Virus record (IMG/VR): IMGVR_UViG_3300049828_000491
Location: 1 to 24,167 of that record
Length of the DNA stretch: 24,167 nt
DNA from: a virus
Taxonomy: Duplodnaviria; Caudoviricetes
Direction: 5' to 3' (one strand)
Part shown: positions 16,906 to 24,167 of the stretch, one piece after another
Numbering within the stretch: position 1 is the stretch's first letter
Layout: each line of letters opens with the position of its first letter
Translations under genes and position numbers: made by a program
The notes under the pieces: generated by a model
The model's input: only the letters and a program-made list of their open reading frames with translations
What the model was told of the DNA's origin: nothing
The model's database searches: none

Positions 16906-17763
16906 TTAAGATACGCAAGGCATAATTGCACAAGATGCAGGAATAGAAATATTAAGCGTTACACCACCAATATTTATTGTGTCTCCATTAACTAATGCAT
17001 TTCCATTAACAATAATAGCATTTGTTCTTGAATAAGTGCCTGCACATATTGTAGAACTTGATGTAGCACTTGCATTAGTATTTCCTGCAGTAATTGTTGC
17101 AGAACCACTTTGTGTTGGTGTGCTTACAACAGTTATACAACTAGTTCCATCATTGTAAGTTGAAACACTAGCTCCTGTTATTGTAATATTTGAAGGAAGA
17201 GGGTTACTCAAGCTAAATAGAAAAGTACCATTTATAGAGGTGTTATCTCCACCAATATACATGAATGATAATGTGGAGCTACCACATGGAGCAAGGTATG
17301 TTGCACCAGCTGCAACATATGGTAATTGGATACAGTCAGATGTAGTATCACCAGCATTTACAATTGTTGTTTGAGGAATTCCATCACAATTTGTGTAATT
17401 AAATGTTCTTCCAGAAACACCACCTTCTAATGAGAATTCACCGCACTCAGCTGGTGTAAGAGTAGTTGTGGTTGTTGATGTAGGGGATGCTGTAGTGGTT
17501 GTAGTTAAAGCTCCAGATGTTGTGGTAGTGGTTGTAGTTGCACCAATTATAATATCAATGTAGTTAGTACAAGCACCTGTTGACTGAACACGAATAGTTG
17601 TTGTTCCATCGGGAACAAGAGCTGTTGTATAACCTGGGAGGGTTGTTAAGGACGCTTTGGCTACACCTGTTTCAAAAGGTGTAACATAACCATCTAGGTT
17701 TGAATAGAGGTTGAAAGGTCCTGTTCCAGCACCAGCAGTTGTTAAATAAATTAATACTGTCAT
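16906..17763 (-). CDS. Putative virion fibre/decoration protein, paralogue of the adjacent gene at its N-terminus
   Basis: 285 aa; AGAGTGPFNLYS...PFETGVAKASL...STGAC, Thr tract, then two Cys-bounded domains. Confidence 0.65.
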   Translation of the reverse strand: MTVLIYLTTAGAGTGPFNLYSNLDGYVTPFETGVAKASLTTLPGYTTALVPDGTTTIRVQSTGACTNYIDIIIGATTTTTTTSGALTTTTTASPTSTTTTTLTPAECGEFSLEGGVSGRTFNYTNCDGIPQTTIVNAGDTTSDCIQLPYVAAGATYLAPCGSSTLSFMYIGGDNTSINGTFLFSLSNPLPSNITITGASVSTYNDGTSCITVVSTPTQSGSATITAGNTNASATSSSTICAGTYSRTNAIIVNGNALVNGDTINIGGVTLNISIPASCAIMPCVS

Positions 17764-17786
17764 TTTGTTTTATTTAGAGGTTTTAA

Positions 17787-18104
17787 TTACAATACTGTAG
17801 TCGTACTACTTGTTGTAGCAGGACATGTTGATATTAGGTTACAAAGATAAGCCTGAAGAACAGGATTATTTGCAATTGTGTCTAATATTTGTGATACTAG
17901 TTGTTCAGAACAAATCTTACCATCAATCTTCTCAAGAGCTGTTTCTAAACAATCTCCGTTCTGAATACCAGTACAAGAAAGGTTTGGTCCACTGTAAATA
18001 ACTCTAGTAGCATCTGTTGTTACATACAAACACGGATCACATCCCTTTGGATATACTATTCTAGTTAGTTGCCCATAACAAGGCATTCCAGGTAAACAAG
18101 CCAT
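17787..18104 (-). CDS. Small Cys-rich structural protein related to the N-terminus of the tail-collar protein
   Basis: 105 aa; RVIYSGPNLSCTGIQNGDCLETALEKI aligns with CVKYTGVDVPVLGIQTGDSLSYVEQAL of 18123..19232; ends TTSSTTTVL. Confidence 0.7.
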   Translation of the reverse strand: MACLPGMPCYGQLTRIVYPKGCDPCLYVTTDATRVIYSGPNLSCTGIQNGDCLETALEKIDGKICSEQLVSQILDTIANNPVLQAYLCNLISTCPATTSSTTTVL

Positions 18105-18122
18105 TTGTTATTGATTTTAAGA

Positions 18123-19232
18123 TTATGGAAGGTAGATGATATAGTAGCAAGCTAATACAGGGTGTACGTTAGCGTGAGATTGACCACCTGATGTTTGAGG
18201 TGCAACAGTAACTGTTGTGTCAACTGTTACAGTTACTGATAACTCTTGAGTATCACGAACATATGAATTAGGACTACCAGTTGTAGTTCTATCTCCAGAT
18301 CCATCAGGATAACCATCACCATATAGTCCAGTCCAACCATGGTTGTGAGGGGTAGATGTGGAAATAGCTGTTGCTGGGTGAGTATGTAAAGGAATCTGTG
18401 CACCAGTTAATGTAACTGTGTTTGTACCATTGGTACTATTACCTCCAGGCCATACATCATAGTTAAAGTTACCGTATGTAGGATCTACAACAGGACTTAA
18501 AGGAGCTGAGCTAGGAACCCCTTGAATAGCACCAATAGGTGATCTACCGCGTTTATCTGGAGTACCATTAGCACCATTACACAAATAGATCTTATCCCAA
18601 CCAAGAGCAGCTAAACCTTTACCTGTACTGTCAAAGTTACTTAGTGGACCATAGTATTCTATAGCTGTGTAAGGAACCATTTTTAAGTAATTCTGATTAC
18701 TTCCACCAGGTAAGCTATCTAGATACGCTTGAATCAATGTATCTAAGTCAGCAAGTTTTACATAGTTAGCATCTACATCAATAGCTAAAGCAGCTAAGTC
18801 ATCCTCTAATGCACATACTTTATTGATTACAGCTTGTAACACTTCATAGGTGCTAGTTGGATCAGGAGATCCTTCTAAGCAGTCAATTCCATATCCTTGT
18901 TCTAACTCTGCAAACTTAGCTTCTAATGCTAACACTTGCTCCTCAATGAAGCAAGCTGCTTTGATTAAAGCATTGAACAAGTCTACAGCAGTTAAGTCTC
19001 CACATGTAGGAAGATTGTCAGAAATAACTGGACACAAGATGTCTGGATCAATTGTAATCTTGATACCAGTACCATCCAATGTAGATGTAAGGAATTCAAT
19101 AAGAGCTTGCTCTACGTAAGATAGAGAGTCTCCAGTCTGAATACCTAAAACAGGAACATCTACTCCTGTATATTTTACGCACTTATCTGATACTATCTCT
19201 GTGCATCCATTATAGCAATTTGAACAAGCCAT
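18123..19232 (-). CDS. Tail fibre protein with C-terminal phage tail-collar domain
   Basis: 369 aa; GWDKIYLCNGANGTPDKRGRSPIG, TVTLTGAQIPLHTHP, PHNHG and GGQSHANVHPVLACYYII match the tail-collar / short-fibre pattern with HxH metal sites; central coiled coil. Confidence 0.8.
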   Translation of the reverse strand: MACSNCYNGCTEIVSDKCVKYTGVDVPVLGIQTGDSLSYVEQALIEFLTSTLDGTGIKITIDPDILCPVISDNLPTCGDLTAVDLFNALIKAACFIEEQVLALEAKFAELEQGYGIDCLEGSPDPTSTYEVLQAVINKVCALEDDLAALAIDVDANYVKLADLDTLIQAYLDSLPGGSNQNYLKMVPYTAIEYYGPLSNFDSTGKGLAALGWDKIYLCNGANGTPDKRGRSPIGAIQGVPSSAPLSPVVDPTYGNFNYDVWPGGNSTNGTNTVTLTGAQIPLHTHPATAISTSTPHNHGWTGLYGDGYPDGSGDRTTTGSPNSYVRDTQELSVTVTVDTTVTVAPQTSGGQSHANVHPVLACYYIIYLP

Positions 19233-19235
19233 GGT

Positions 19236-19502
19236 TTATTTATATTTTAAAAGTTTTACTCTACTTGCAATCATATCCACTGTGTAAGGCATAGCGTAGT
19301 CTGGGTTACAAAACTTGTATGTAAGAATACGTTTGTAGTTTGTTAAGTCCAGAAACACTACACCATTCACTGGAAGATTAAGTGAATATATTGTGTTATT
19401 ATACAGATTACTAGCTAACTCCTTTAGCTTGCAATCAATGTCCTCTAGAAGCACTGGGATAGTGCTACATTCAATACAATTAGTTAAGCTTGGCTGCAAC
19501 AT
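19236..19502 (-). CDS. Hypothetical structural protein (88 aa; start revised to ATG at 19502)
   Basis: The track start at 19559 lies deep inside the small Cys-rich ORF; the in-frame ATG at 19502 gives MLQPSLTNCIECSTIP... with only a 23-nt overlap. Confidence 0.65.
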   Translation of the reverse strand: MLQPSLTNCIECSTIPVLLEDIDCKLKELASNLYNNTIYSLNLPVNGVVFLDLTNYKRILTYKFCNPDYAMPYTVDMIASRVKLLKYK

Positions 19503-19614
19503 ACTTATAAGATTTTGCTGCCTTCTGAGCAGCTTTATGACAATAGGTGCATAGACCATTAATTAACTGACAGCCACAACCTACCTTAGTTCCACATTTT
19601 GAGCACTGTGCCAT
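19480..19614 (-). CDS. Small Cys-rich, zinc-finger-like protein (44 aa), below the ORF-track cutoff
   Basis: Hand translation MAQCSKCGTKVGCGCQLINGLCTYCHKAAQKAAKSYKYVAAKLN*; ATG lies 1 nt after the upstream TAA; CxxC...CxC...CxxC pattern. Confidence 0.75.
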   Translation of the reverse strand: MAQCSKCGTKVGCGCQLINGLCTYCHKAAQKAAKSYKYVAAKLN

Positions 19615-19615
19615 A

Positions 19616-20182
19616 TTAATAGAAGTTAGGAGCATAGTTGTTTCCTGAACAACCACAGTTGTTTTTAATGAAGTTGTTTAACATCTTGTCTGCCTGAACA
19701 TAAAGTTTATTAGCTTCATCAATAGCACAGTTGTTCGCAGCAGCAATTGAACCTTGAATGAAGAAATAGATGCTGTTTAAGTCAACTTTTTGTTGAGTCT
19801 TAATAGCTCTATCACATTCCATCATATCAAGCTTCATAAAGGCTTTATCAAACTTTTCTTGGATAATTTCTGTACGCATGATGGTTTTGGTTACAGTGTT
19901 CTCATAAGAAGGAGAAACAGTGTAAGTCAGAGTATAAACTCCATCAGGAAGAGGCAACATGGGTTCTCCAACAGCAGTGATTCCTAAAGTGGTTGATGTA
20001 AACACGTTGAAGTCATTTACATTAAATGGAAGAGTTACCTCTCCAAATGTAGGAACAATGATAGTGATGGTTGGAGATGATACAACAGGTGGGTTAGTTG
20101 GATACGTAGAAGCATCAGCAACACCCAGTGTGTATGTATTGTATGTAGGAATTACTAGAATATCTAGTTTTAAATCTGCCAT
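19616..20182 (-). CDS. Putative tail hub / structural protein (188 aa; start revised to ATG at 20182)
   Basis: The 19 extra codons in the track run through a terminator; MADLKLDILV... follows an A-rich leader. LPDGVYTLTY beta domain then a helical C-terminus ending NCGC. Hub assignment is by synteny only. Confidence 0.6.
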   Translation of the reverse strand: MADLKLDILVIPTYNTYTLGVADASTYPTNPPVVSSPTITIIVPTFGEVTLPFNVNDFNVFTSTTLGITAVGEPMLPLPDGVYTLTYTVSPSYENTVTKTIMRTEIIQEKFDKAFMKLDMMECDRAIKTQQKVDLNSIYFFIQGSIAAANNCAIDEANKLYVQADKMLNNFIKNNCGCSGNNYAPNFY

Positions 20183-20189
20183 CTCTTTT

Positions 20190-20241
20190 AAATAAAAAGT
20201 GCCAGAGGATTTTGAGAAGATCCTCTCACCCTCTGACACTT
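20190..20241 (-). terminator. Rho-independent terminator after the capsid-gene block
   Basis: Minus strand AAGTGTCAGAGG...CCTCTGGCACTT (12 bp, one G-U) enclosing TGAGAG/TTCTCA, followed by TTTATTT. Confidence 0.8.
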
Positions 20242-20273
20242 AAGGTTTATCAACAATTATTTACTAACTCAGA

Positions 20274-21443
20274 TTAAGGGATGTTAGTAGTGGTAGTTGA
20301 AGTAGTTGAAGTAGAAGATGTGGTAGAAGTTGTGGTTGTGATGCAAGTGTTATCTGCAGCAACTAAACCTAAAGCAGCTTCTAATACTTCTTCGATATCT
20401 CCACCAATGCTGCTACCAGCTTCTACAGCTAAGATTACCATTGAATCTTCTTTGATGTAGTCACCCCAAGAGTAAGCAGCTTTGTCATACTCATTAAATT
20501 TGATGTAATAAGTATCATAGCTAGCACCTGCAGATACATAAGACTCAAAGTTCTCGTTGTATCCAACCATACGGTATAAGTGCTTCAAGTAACCAGCTTG
20601 GTAGCTGTAGTAGTTTTTCTCCAATTGTTGGATCTCTTGAGAAGTACCAATTGGGTAAGAAGCACGTTGAGTGATTACAGCATCAGCTACGATATCACAG
20701 TTATCAGCTACAATAAAGTCAGCAGTAGTTGCAGGACCATTGTATACGAAAGTACGGAAGTACATTCTGTCATACTCGAATGGGAACGCAGCAACATCAC
20801 ATGGTTGACCATATTGAGTTAATGGTTTACCAGTAATAACTAACACAGCATTCTGATCATTACCTACACGTTGGAAGGTATAGAAAGTGTTGAAGCTAAT
20901 GTTGTCAGGGTTGTTACCAGGAGCTTGTTGAGTCAATTTCACGATGAATTGATCGATCAATGCAGGAACATCAACATTAGCACAAGGATCACCACCACAG
21001 TCGCAGCAAGGAGCTTGAACAGTTACTGAACGAGTGAAACCATTGAAATAAAGAGTGTCAATGTAAGAAGAGTGTGCACGTAAAGTTAAGGTTACAGTAT
21101 CACCACACTGAACATTCCAGTTACCAACTTGGGTAATTTGAACTGCTGCTGTAGGGCAACCTGCAACTTTGTACCACTCAGTTACATTTGATTTGCAACC
21201 AGAACCTGAAGGGCAACCTTTGATTTTGTCAGAGCGTTTGCTACCTTGCAAGTAAGTGTTTTGTCTACCTTGTGCAATGTAAAAATAGGGAGCAGCAGCA
21301 ATATTACCTGCAGTTGCAACGCTATAATCATTGAGGAAAATACCCACCTGACCAGCAGTCAAGTCTTGTGTTGATCCAGAGCTAGGTAGAGCAGATTGTC
21401 CTACTGGTACAACAAAGAGGGTGGTTAATGAAAAATCAGCCAT
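20274..21443 (-). CDS. Putative auxiliary capsid / major structural protein (crAss-like) with Thr/Ser tail
   Basis: 389 aa; third gene after the capsid gene, followed by a strong terminator; GTSQEIQQLEKNYYSYQAGY and YDTYYIKF motifs; C-terminal TTTTSTTSSTSTTSTTTT. Confidence 0.6.
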   Translation of the reverse strand: MADFSLTTLFVVPVGQSALPSSGSTQDLTAGQVGIFLNDYSVATAGNIAAAPYFYIAQGRQNTYLQGSKRSDKIKGCPSGSGCKSNVTEWYKVAGCPTAAVQITQVGNWNVQCGDTVTLTLRAHSSYIDTLYFNGFTRSVTVQAPCCDCGGDPCANVDVPALIDQFIVKLTQQAPGNNPDNISFNTFYTFQRVGNDQNAVLVITGKPLTQYGQPCDVAAFPFEYDRMYFRTFVYNGPATTADFIVADNCDIVADAVITQRASYPIGTSQEIQQLEKNYYSYQAGYLKHLYRMVGYNENFESYVSAGASYDTYYIKFNEYDKAAYSWGDYIKEDSMVILAVEAGSSIGGDIEEVLEAALGLVAADNTCITTTTSTTSSTSTTSTTTTNIP

Positions 21444-21471
21444 TTTGTTTTATGATTAAATTGTTAAAAGT

Positions 21472-22203
21472 TTACTCGTTTGTTTGAATCCTAAACTGGG
21501 CACTTTGCACAGCAGATTGATTCTCGGTGTACATCGCTAGGTTCTGAACTGTTAAGTCTAACAACTCATCTTCTAGGTATGTTTCTAGTTCACAATCTTG
21601 GTTATAAGATGGTTTTCCATCTAACATGATGTAACCTTCTTTATTTATGTACACAGGATATCTCATATATGATATGTAGATCTCCTTTGGTGTAAATGTA
21701 CCATCTGTAAAAATACTTATCTCGTCAGATGATATAAAATTGAATGTTTCTTGGTACTCAAATGATGGTTTGTAGTGATCATTGTTTAACAACAGTGATA
21801 AGTCACCATGTTTTGCAAGATCTCTATTGATCCAGATCTTTCTATTCTTACATCTTCCTTTGTCAGCTAACACATAGCTATCAACATAGAACATGTACTT
21901 AGGGTTTAGATCGTGAATCTTTGCAACCCATTGATGTAGTTCAGCATTTTTTACTTTTAATGGTAGTTTACCATCGTTGTAATTTATAACTAAACTTTGT
22001 AGGTCTTCATATCTTTTCTTAAAAGCATCAAGACCTAGACCGCTCACCACACTAAAACCATCAACCTTTTGCTTTATAAGCTTAATCTGAGCCTCATTCA
22101 GAGCTAAGATTTTATCTTCCAAGTTTATCTGCTGATGCTCGTTTGTTGATAGTTTATTTAGTTTTTGGTCGATCTTATATAATAAACTATCTACTGGGAT
22201 CAT
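21472..22203 (-). CDS. Putative tail ring / head-tail connector protein (crAss-like)
   Basis: 243 aa; ALNEAQIKLIK, KKRYEDLQSLV, YISYMRYP, DCELETYLEDELLDLTV match the crAss-like ring pattern as I recall it; ATGA overlap with the upstream gene. Confidence 0.65.
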   Translation of the reverse strand: MIPVDSLLYKIDQKLNKLSTNEHQQINLEDKILALNEAQIKLIKQKVDGFSVVSGLGLDAFKKRYEDLQSLVINYNDGKLPLKVKNAELHQWVAKIHDLNPKYMFYVDSYVLADKGRCKNRKIWINRDLAKHGDLSLLLNNDHYKPSFEYQETFNFISSDEISIFTDGTFTPKEIYISYMRYPVYINKEGYIMLDGKPSYNQDCELETYLEDELLDLTVQNLAMYTENQSAVQSAQFRIQTNE

Positions 22204-23168
22204 ACAGACGCTAACTTCTTAGTTTTCAATTTTTGTTCTAGTGTGAGTAGGGCATCTTGATTATCATCATCGATTAAGAATTTAATCAAGTCTTCCTCAT
22301 CTTGAGCAACTTCAAGCTCTCCTTCGTACACTCTACCATTAGGTTTAACTCTGTAGATTGAGTGAGTGATTGCTTGTTTTACCAAATCTTTAATATGGAG
22401 TAAGTTTTCCTTCATGTCTGCAAATCTGCCAAATACCTCTACAGGATTTAAGCCTTGGAATTTACCACCTGCAAACTCGGTTTGTTTAAGGAGATTATCC
22501 ACTAAGTTGTAAACAACTTCTTCTTTGCTATCATCGGTTACTGGTAATCCCAATAAGCGAGCAACTTTGCGTTTCTTCTCAGGAGTCATTGCATCAAACT
22601 TGATAATAGCTTTGTTGATGAGTTGTTTCTTCTTGAACAATACAGCATTTTCAATTTCATCATCAGCTACGTAGAACTGAGTGTCTGCTGGATATTCACC
22701 ACGCTCCCAAGCCTGATAAGAACTTGCAATAGTTGGATGAACACGCAACCAAGCAAATGCTAACTCTTGTAGAGGATTGGTTAAGTCAAAGAAGTTATCA
22801 CCATCTAAAAGTTTTACAGCTTGCACATGCAATGTATCTTCTGTAGATGTAGACAAACCATAATTCCAGAAAGAAGAACGAGGACCTAAGTTAACATCAC
22901 CTAATGCAGCTTCTAGCTTTTCTTTAAGTTTTGTTACACGTTCAATTTCAAGTTCTCTCTCTGTAGGATCTTGAATACGTTTGATGTAGCCAGCGTTTGG
23001 ATCTAATCCAGTTCTATACTGACCATCAAGTTCTTTGTAAGGATATTTGAACACACCTGTACCAGGAATACGTGTCATACCTTTTGCAGCAAGTCCTCCT
23101 TGCATAGTTTGTAACTGAGAGTTGTTATACTCTTTTTTCAAAGTCGAGATTTTTCCTATCTTACCCAT
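22200..23168 (-). CDS. Conserved crAss-like protein encoded directly after the major capsid gene
   Basis: 322 aa; YRTGLD, SSFW, FDLTNPLQELAFAWLRVHPTIA; synteny. Function unknown. Confidence 0.65.
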   Translation of the reverse strand: MGKIGKISTLKKEYNNSQLQTMQGGLAAKGMTRIPGTGVFKYPYKELDGQYRTGLDPNAGYIKRIQDPTERELEIERVTKLKEKLEAALGDVNLGPRSSFWNYGLSTSTEDTLHVQAVKLLDGDNFFDLTNPLQELAFAWLRVHPTIASSYQAWERGEYPADTQFYVADDEIENAVLFKKKQLINKAIIKFDAMTPEKKRKVARLLGLPVTDDSKEEVVYNLVDNLLKQTEFAGGKFQGLNPVEVFGRFADMKENLLHIKDLVKQAITHSIYRVKPNGRVYEGELEVAQDEEDLIKFLIDDDNQDALLTLEQKLKTKKLASV

Positions 23169-23197
23169 ATGTAGTTAAATTTATTTGGTTTATTTAG

Positions 23198-23353
23198 CAG
23201 AGTGGCCCCATCGAAGGGAATGCAGTAGACATTAGATCTACTCATCACTCTGAAGTTTGAGAAGGTCCTCCCAAAGGTGGGACAGTGGTAGGGAGGACCT
23301 ATCTCGGTGTTTTAAAGGCATGAAGCCTTGGTCCTAGGATACTAATCCTAGGA
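23198..23353 (-). other. Structured intergenic RNA region (four consecutive stem systems)
   Basis: Inverted repeats TCCTAGGAT/ATCCTAGGA (23332..23353), AAGGC/GCCTT (23315..23329), AGGTCCTCCC/GGGAGGACCT (23263..23300) and CAGAGTG/CACTCTG (23198..23252) enclosing two inner hairpins. Confidence 0.7.
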
Positions 23354-23358
23354 GGGGA

Positions 23359-24167
23359 TTAGAATTGTGGGATTTCCTCAATAAGAACTGTACGAGACAA
23401 GTCCTCAATGAATACATCACAACGATCTTTCATCCAGATTTCGTAACCTGGGAATTTGTTCGCAGAGCTCATACCTTGAGATTTAGCAAAACCTAAGTGG
23501 TGACGAGTTCCATCGATGTAACCCCAAGTCATAGAAGGAGCACCCTTCATACGAACCTCACGGATGTTGTTAACCATAGAACCATCAGACATTGGAGATA
23601 CGTCAAATACCATGAATACAGGAGTTGACTTCTTGTTCTGACCAAATTCTAAGTTAGTTTGAGGCAAGTCTAATTCTTTCAAGTGAATCAACTCAACACG
23701 ACCAGTCTCACGAGTAACCATTGCATCGAATGCAAAGTTGTAAGTGATGTGTTGACCTTCGCCTTGTAAGTAACGATTTCCAGAATCAGCCATGAAGGTT
23801 AAACCAGAGTTCAACGCATCAGTTTTTAAAGCTTGTTGGAATACGTCAAAACCAGCTTCGTTAGTGTACATTTTAACACGACGATCCTTAACATCAACAC
23901 GACGATAGAATAAGTCACCAAACACTGAACGAATCAAGTTTGCAGAGAACTCACCACGGTTGTATTGTACTAAGTTACCGTTGTTACGCATTCTGTGGTA
24001 TACACCTGCAGAAGTACGTTTCAATTCTTGTTTAGAACCGTTAGTTTTAACAGTACCTGGTTTAGACCAGATCATACGTTTAACTTTCAATTCTAACATA
24101 GATTTACGCATCCAGAACTCGATGAACGGTTCCCATTTAACATCATTACGAGTTAAAGGTAATTGGT
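23359..24167 (-). CDS. Major capsid protein (HK97 fold, crAss-like), C-terminal part; 5' end outside the window
   Basis: The frame stays open beyond the track start to the window edge (QLPLTRNDVKWEPFIEFWMRKS...). MIWSKPG, SAGVYHRMR, VKMYTNEAGFDVFQQAL, VELIHLKELD and VFIEDLSRTVLIE fit crAss-like capsid proteins; it heads the structural module. Confidence 0.8.
   Translation of the reverse strand, partial: QLPLTRNDVKWEPFIEFWMRKSMLELKVKRMIWSKPGTVKTNGSKQELKRTSAGVYHRMRNNGNLVQYNRGEFSANLIRSVFGDLFYRRVDVKDRRVKMYTNEAGFDVFQQALKTDALNSGLTFMADSGNRYLQGEGQHITYNFAFDAMVTRETGRVELIHLKELDLPQTNLEFGQNKKSTPVFMVFDVSPMSDGSMVNNIREVRMKGAPSMTWGYIDGTRHHLGFAKSQGMSSANKFPGYEIWMKDRCDVFIEDLSRTVLIEEIPQF

Noticed and set aside
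20183-20239. N-terminal extension MSEGERIFSK... of the 207-aa ORF
   Set aside because: It runs through the terminator hairpin; ATG at 20182 is the more plausible start.
9035-20822. Other short ORFs nested in or antisense to long genes (for example 9285..9590, 9680..9889, 13812..14096, 18850..19119, 20580..20822)
   Set aside because: All overlap well-supported minus-strand genes and show no recognisable motifs or expression signals.
23198-23252. Hammerhead ribozyme or tRNA in the capsid spacer
   Set aside because: Minus strand has GUGAUGAG plus a stem, but the required CUGAnGA and GAAA core is absent; no cloverleaf or T-loop consensus.
1-24167. Stop-codon reassignment as seen in some crAss-like phages
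   Set aside because: Genes are full length and tightly packed under code 11; no gene needs TAG or TGA read-through, and TGA is used as a stop at 22200.

Overview
The window is the virion-morphogenesis (late) module of a crAss-like / Crassvirales-related podovirus, probably infecting Bacteroidota. All real genes are on the minus strand, tightly packed, in the standard genetic code. Read right to left: major capsid protein (truncated by the window edge), conserved capsid-adjacent gene, ring protein, auxiliary-capsid-like protein, a block of Cys-rich and Thr-rich fibre/hub genes including a tail-collar protein, a separately promoted metallophosphoesterase, ring protein, HU/IHF-like protein, tail tubular protein, a 2267-aa tail stabilisation (muzzle) protein, and two glycine-motif-rich cargo proteins, the last running off the left edge and absent from the ORF track. 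Three things stand out. (1) The muzzle gene appears split: its N-terminal core carries an ~850-aa mucin-like Thr-rich stalk with repeated Cys-bounded domains, and the expected C-terminal part sits in a separate gene fused to a ~65-aa module shared with two other Thr-rich proteins. (2) A 621-aa cargo protein carries two enzyme/toxin-like domains as cassettes, each followed by the same KKKKExGGxLSKY motif. (3) A highly structured 190-nt spacer follows the capsid gene. Family assignments come from motif recognition and synteny, not database searches.
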